Positions 59,451 to 64,000 of a stretch of DNA of 64,000 bases are shown here, piece after piece. Positions within the stretch are counted from its first letter, which is position 1. Every line of letters begins with the position of its first letter. A model generated the notes under the pieces. It worked only from the letters and a program-made list of their open reading frames with translations. It was not told where the DNA came from and made no database searches. The translations under genes and the position numbers were made by a program. This stretch comes from Eledone cirrhosa (taxonomy: Eukaryota), in contig OZ024741.1 in NCBI GenBank assembly GCA_964016885.1, forward strand, positions 351,602,001 through 351,666,000, read 5' to 3'.

Positions 59451-59789
59451 ACAACTGTAGCAGCAGCAACAACAACAGCAACGACAATGACATCAACAGC
59501 AATAACAACAACACCAGGGTTGGCAATAATAGTGGCACCAACAACCAAAACCAAAGGTGTCGTGAGACAGGTGACGATATTAATTTTCTACCACTATGAA
59601 CGCCACCTTCTCCACCGCCACCACAGTGACCACTACTACCACCATTACCTCCATCACCACGTCAACAACAAAAATACAACACAACAAACAATGACAACAA
59701 CAATAATAGTAACAACAACAACAGTAACAAAAGCCAAAGAAACAACAACAAAAACAATGAAAAATTAATAGCACCAACAACACAACAGC

Positions 59790-61030
59790 AAAATCTTTTA
59801 TCAGACATTGTCACTAAAAAAGAAATGCATGAATTAACATTACAAACAAAGGACTTGGATTGGCTCAAACCAAAAAATTAATAAAAGTTGAAGGTGGGAA
59901 GGAGTGGTTATGAAGCCACCTGAAATAGTGGAAGAAAGTGCAAAAAAAAAAAAAATTTACAGAACTGTGTCGCTGCGGGGCTGGTGTGCCGAACATTCCA
60001 CAGTTGTTCATGTGGAGAAAGCTATAAAAGAGGAAATGCCAGATGTGGCACATATACAACGAAGAAGACAGCTTACCAGTGTCGAAGTCTTCTTCAAAAG
60101 TGAGGACATCGTACGAAAATATTCGGTAGTCCCCCTTCCCGATGGAGTGAGAAGTTTGTGTCCTCTATCCAACGTATAATTCTGTCAAGAACTGTCAAGC
60201 TGAGAATACTGGGTGTTCCGCCGGGCCTAAACATTTGGTGGATCTTAGCCTGCGTTGTCCTTAGAAACCCGAATACACTCTTCGTAGTCAAAAGGAGTGA
60301 AGGACAAAATTGGTCCGGGATAGACCTGGAGATTCTGCTCCAGGTAAAGCCAGACGAAACAGACAAAATCCTGAATCATATACAGCTGCCCTCCAGATAC
60401 TTACTGAAGGAAAAAAGTCTTAAATCTGTGTGGGTCCAGCGGCCACCTAAGAGCTTGCTGCACACAGAAAATAGGAGAAAGAGGCCACTGCTGCTGCCAA
60501 TACTGAAGCAACAACAACGACAGTTTGCCACACTTGTAGCAGCAGCATCAACAACTGTTACACTAGCCAACAAAACCGGTAGCTGTAACAACAACAGTAC
60601 CAACAGAATTATCTCCAACAGAACCAACACCCATGGAAAACATGCCCCTCCCCGACGGCACACAGTTTGGCATGGATTGTGATGAAAGAAAAGAGTAGCA
60701 TGCTGTCATCCAAAAGAAAAAAAAGGGTGAAACAGAAGGAAATAAAAAAGTTAAAGCGATGAGCTAAATAATGCCAACACACACACACACACACCATCAA
60801 CAGCACAGCACCGATCCCACCTTCACAGCTAGCATCAACACCACAACAGACACCATCAACAACATTCCAAGCAACAAAGGCAACCGCAACAAAATAACAC
60901 AAACTCCACTCGTTACAAACAACCAGATACTGATGCACCACTTAAAACACAATCCTACAATTGCAGAGACTGATTATATTATCATCCACCCCAACAAAAA
61001 GATTTTAGTATGTTCCTTACTCTCCTTATA
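59790..61030 (+). pseudogene. Degenerate Tx1-type LINE ORF1 homolog (paralog of 12950-14856), no ORF2 visible
   Basis: KPPEIVEE..YRTVS..HIQRRRQLTSVEVFFKSED..KYSVVP aligns with SPLEIKEE..FRTVS..FLQRGKQYGGVSVLFKSEA..KHSVAP. PPGLNIWWILA..WSGIDLEILLQVKP aligns with PPNINI*WILA..WVSADLEILMQMKP. CGSSGHLRAC (60429-60458) aligns with CGSTTHLKVSC. Confidence 0.82.
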
Positions 61031-61074
61031 TATTCAGATCTTATCATCTTTTTCATTTTATTGCTTTTAATGTT

Positions 61075-61400
61075 ATCTACTTCCAGTGTCACTCTCCTTT
61101 ATCACCTCTCCTCTTGGTGCCTCGATTCCTTTGCTTCTCTTCAATTTACCCCCTCCTCATCACTAGGACTCCACACTTATTAACACTAAATTCTATACAT
61201 ATATCATTGCTGTAAATACGAACAGTGTTAAAAGTACATCCAACTCTTCGTTCTTCCCAAGGAGTTTTAGGTCGTCCACGAAGAGGGGGTAGTTGATGGT
61301 AAGCTCTCCTCTTCCCAGTTCGTATCCTGTCTTCACTCTTCGTAATATGGGGGACAAGAGTTTGAGGATAAGAAAAACAATAAAGGAGACAAACTATCTC
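61075..61400 (-). mobile_element. R4/Dong-like reverse transcriptase fragment
   Basis: My minus-strand translation gives LSPILRRVKTGYELG..INYPLFVDDLKLLGKNE..TVRIYSNDICIEFSVNKCGVLVMRRG, matching the (HLLFMDDLKLY..SxDIGMEFG..KC) pattern. Confidence 0.78.
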
Positions 61401-61412
61401 ATTTGAAGATAC

Positions 61413-61490
61413 CTGGTGGTGGTGGTGGTAGTGGTAGTGATGGAGTTTGTGATGGTGGTTGTGGTGGTGGTGGTAGTGTTGGTTGTGCTA
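61413..61490. repeat. Degenerate (GGT)n trinucleotide repeat
   Basis: Directly visible. Confidence 0.85.
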
Positions 61491-61770
61491 CTGTCTATCA
61501 CACACCACACGCATGTTTTGTTGCGTTCTCCAGCTAAATTGATGAAAATGTGTATTGTTGTGAAACCCATGCTGACAATATGTCTTACAAGCGATAAGAC
61601 CTGAAACTAAGACATCTCCGTTAGAATTTCCGAACGAAAGAAAAGGTTTTAAAAATAGACTTCTAAGGGAGATAATAATTAAAATCTACTGACAGGATTG
61701 TGGGTTATCCTTCTTGATTTGCTATGAATAACATCAAAAATAACTACCGAGCAATAACCGTTTAATTTAA

Positions 61771-61875
61771 TTGTTTCTACTTTAGGCACAAGGCCAGCAA
61801 TTACCCAGTGCATTACTGGTACTTTATTTTATCGACCCCGTAAGGATGAAAGGCAAAGTCAACCTCGGCGGGATT
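61771..61875 (-). mobile_element. SINE copy lacking the tRNA head (same family as 1106-1290)
   Basis: Near-identical to 1106-1210 over about 105 bp. Confidence 0.85.
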
Positions 61876-62044
61876 AATTTAATGGGAGGTGATGAAGTTA
61901 TCTCTTCTTAAATATAAATTGAATTTTAATAGATTACTACAAATTAGCAGATGGTCCATTGTAATTTGACATCACATCAACACTTATTCCTGAGAGAGAC
62001 GTGAGAAGAGAATCCCTCAGGCACAATATCCAGAAGCAACTGCT

Positions 62045-62061
62045 TCTCTCTCTCGCTCTCA

Positions 62062-62150
<89 letters not shown>
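62045..62150. repeat. (CT)n-(TA)n compound microsatellite
   Basis: Directly visible. Confidence 0.95.
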
Positions 62151-62153
<3 letters not shown>

Positions 62154-62154
62154 G

Positions 62155-62597
62155 AATAATCGAGTATCGGAAAATCAGCTCACGAATTTACGATAAACAA
62201 ATCCGACATGAGTGGCAGAGGGCTCAATAATTCAGATAACTCAGAGCTATAACTATCGTTAAGATACCAACACACAAAGAATATGCCTAAAATCACCCGT
62301 GCAGCCGAAAAATAACGACCAGGAAGATTCGGGTCACTCAGATAAAATATCAATAAATCAATAATTTATATGAATGTAAAAACTTACCCGGACCCACTAT
62401 ATATATATATATATATATATGACCCGAATTTTCCTGGTCGTTTTTTCGGCTGTGCGAATGATTTTAAACATTGTCTCTATGTGTTGGTATTTAAACGATA
62501 GTTATAGCTTTGGTTTATCCAAACTATTGAGCCCTTTGCCATGCATTTCGAAGATTGTGTTTCGTTATTTCGTGGGCCGAGATTCCGATTCTCGATA

Positions 62598-62600
<3 letters not shown>
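62155..62600. repeat. Diverged ~180-bp inverted repeat pair separated and flanked by (TA)n
   Basis: 62155-62336 versus 62420-62600, e.g. cagccgaaaaataacgaccaggaagattcgggtca against tgacccgaattttcctggtcgttttttcggctg. Confidence 0.85.
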
Positions 62601-62656
<56 letters not shown>

Positions 62657-63429
62657 TATATACATATATATATATGTGTGTTTGTGTGTGTATCAGAATG
62701 GATACAGTAAAAACCTGTCAGACAATTACTCCCCAGAGTACTCGATACTTGGGGTGGTAGAGTGTGGTAATATGAAGGATGCGAGACCCCGACGGCTGAC
62801 TTCCTGCCGTTTCAACAGCTATTATACGGGGGGGGGGGGGGGGGGTCAGCTACCAATAAAAAACATGCACCTGTTGGTTTTCACTTCAATTTATTGCAAA
62901 TTTCCGGTTGGTTGGTTTAATAACCGGGTGGTTGTTTATTTATTGTCAAAGATCTTTGTCACACATTCTGTGATGGTGTAGGATAGAACAAAGGAGAGAC
63001 ACAAAATAACAAATTAGTCACTGGGGTGGTCACAGAATGTGGATGAACTCCATTATAGGTAAAATATACTTTCTCGGTTTTGCCTGTAAAATCTGTCCAG
63101 TGATTCTTTCCTGAGACATTCTAACCACATGCCTGTAGTATCGAAGCTGTGATCTCTCAATTCAGAGAAGTAGCGGCTCTACCTGGAGTGACTCTTTGAT
63201 CTCCGAGCTACGCAATCTATCGAGTAACATTACGCCAAAGATCCTTGTAAATTTCCTGTTATTTGCCTTGGCTTGTCACTGGACACATAGCTGTGGGGAT
63301 GGAGGGGGTGCTATGTGTGTAGCACAAGCACGTAGCATTGCCATCTGTATGTGAAGATATTTCTTCACAAGTCCCACAGCAGTGGATGAGTGGCAACGTG
63401 TGCAGACATGACCACATCAGTCACAAATC

Positions 63430-63960
63430 TACACGTGGGCAGTTCTAATCTTATCCTAATGTCACTGCATGGTGTATCAGAAGATATAAGTGATCTTCAG
63501 ACATTTTCTGGCAACTCGTCCAAGGACCTAGACTGTATTTCTCTAAAAAGTGTTCTTCGCCTTCATCGACCAGGTCCCAAACCCAGACTAATTAGGCTGT
63601 CATTTGCAAGCTGTACCATTTAACATCTGATAAGGCTAGGCGTGAAAATTGAATTACCTTTCGAACTCATCCTGGCTTACCACCATACACCCAAAGCTAC
63701 GTGGTGTAGCATCCTTAAATCGCAATTCAGCACCACATGAAAGTTTTAGCGAACGCGACGATGGATAGATATGGTGAGACGTGGAAAAGGGATACCATCT
63801 GGTCTGAGCATATTGTACCCACAATAGTTGACAATGAAAAAGCTGTGGAAAAATAAACAAGAACAACCTGTCGTCCCCTATATAGCATCATAAGCTGAAA
63901 TCCAGATACAAATTATTGTCCTTAAATGCTCGTAGTTTATGCAACAAGATCCATTTTTCA
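63430..63960 (+). mobile_element. Old CR1/L2-like LINE remnant (ORF1 end and start of the endonuclease)
   Basis: NLIL..HGVSED..RL.RPGPKPRLIRLSF is ORF1-like, and LNARSLCNKI at ~63922 is the first APE motif. Confidence 0.5.
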
Positions 63961-64000
63961 TACTTATGTCAAAAGTATTGACACCCATTTCTTTAGTCAA

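Noticed and set aside
20459-59554. Giant minus-strand ORFs (VVVVVTVALLMS up to 5,659 aa; CSCGGDSGLVDV) and plus-strand PPQLQTSTRPLS / HHHNYRHQQGHC ORFs
   Set aside because: They are alternative frames of the same 36-bp unit, which has a stop in only one of six frames. They switch peptide type at the indels and have no unique domains.

Overview
Eukaryotic, repeat-saturated DNA with no recognisable intact host gene. The SINE family and dense TA/GATA microsatellites suggest a cephalopod (Octopus-like) genome, which is an inference. Bases 1-20,000 are a mosaic of: tRNA-derived SINEs; Helitron fragments; a Penelope-like element with an inverted pseudo-LTR; three head-to-tail Tx1/L1-clade LINE copies, each bounded by (GATA)n; R4/Dong-clade fragments; and several type I hammerhead ribozyme motifs. 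Bases ~20,646-59,450 are one ~38.8-kb array of a 36-bp unit (about 1,070 copies) with nested higher-order duplications. The giant ORFs in the track arise because 5 of the unit's 6 frames lack a stop codon. The array begins in frame just after an ATG and runs directly into a degenerate homolog of the Tx1 LINE ORF1 found earlier in the window, so this satellite-sized array appears to have expanded inside a retrotransposon ORF1. All family assignments come from motifs read by eye, with no database search.
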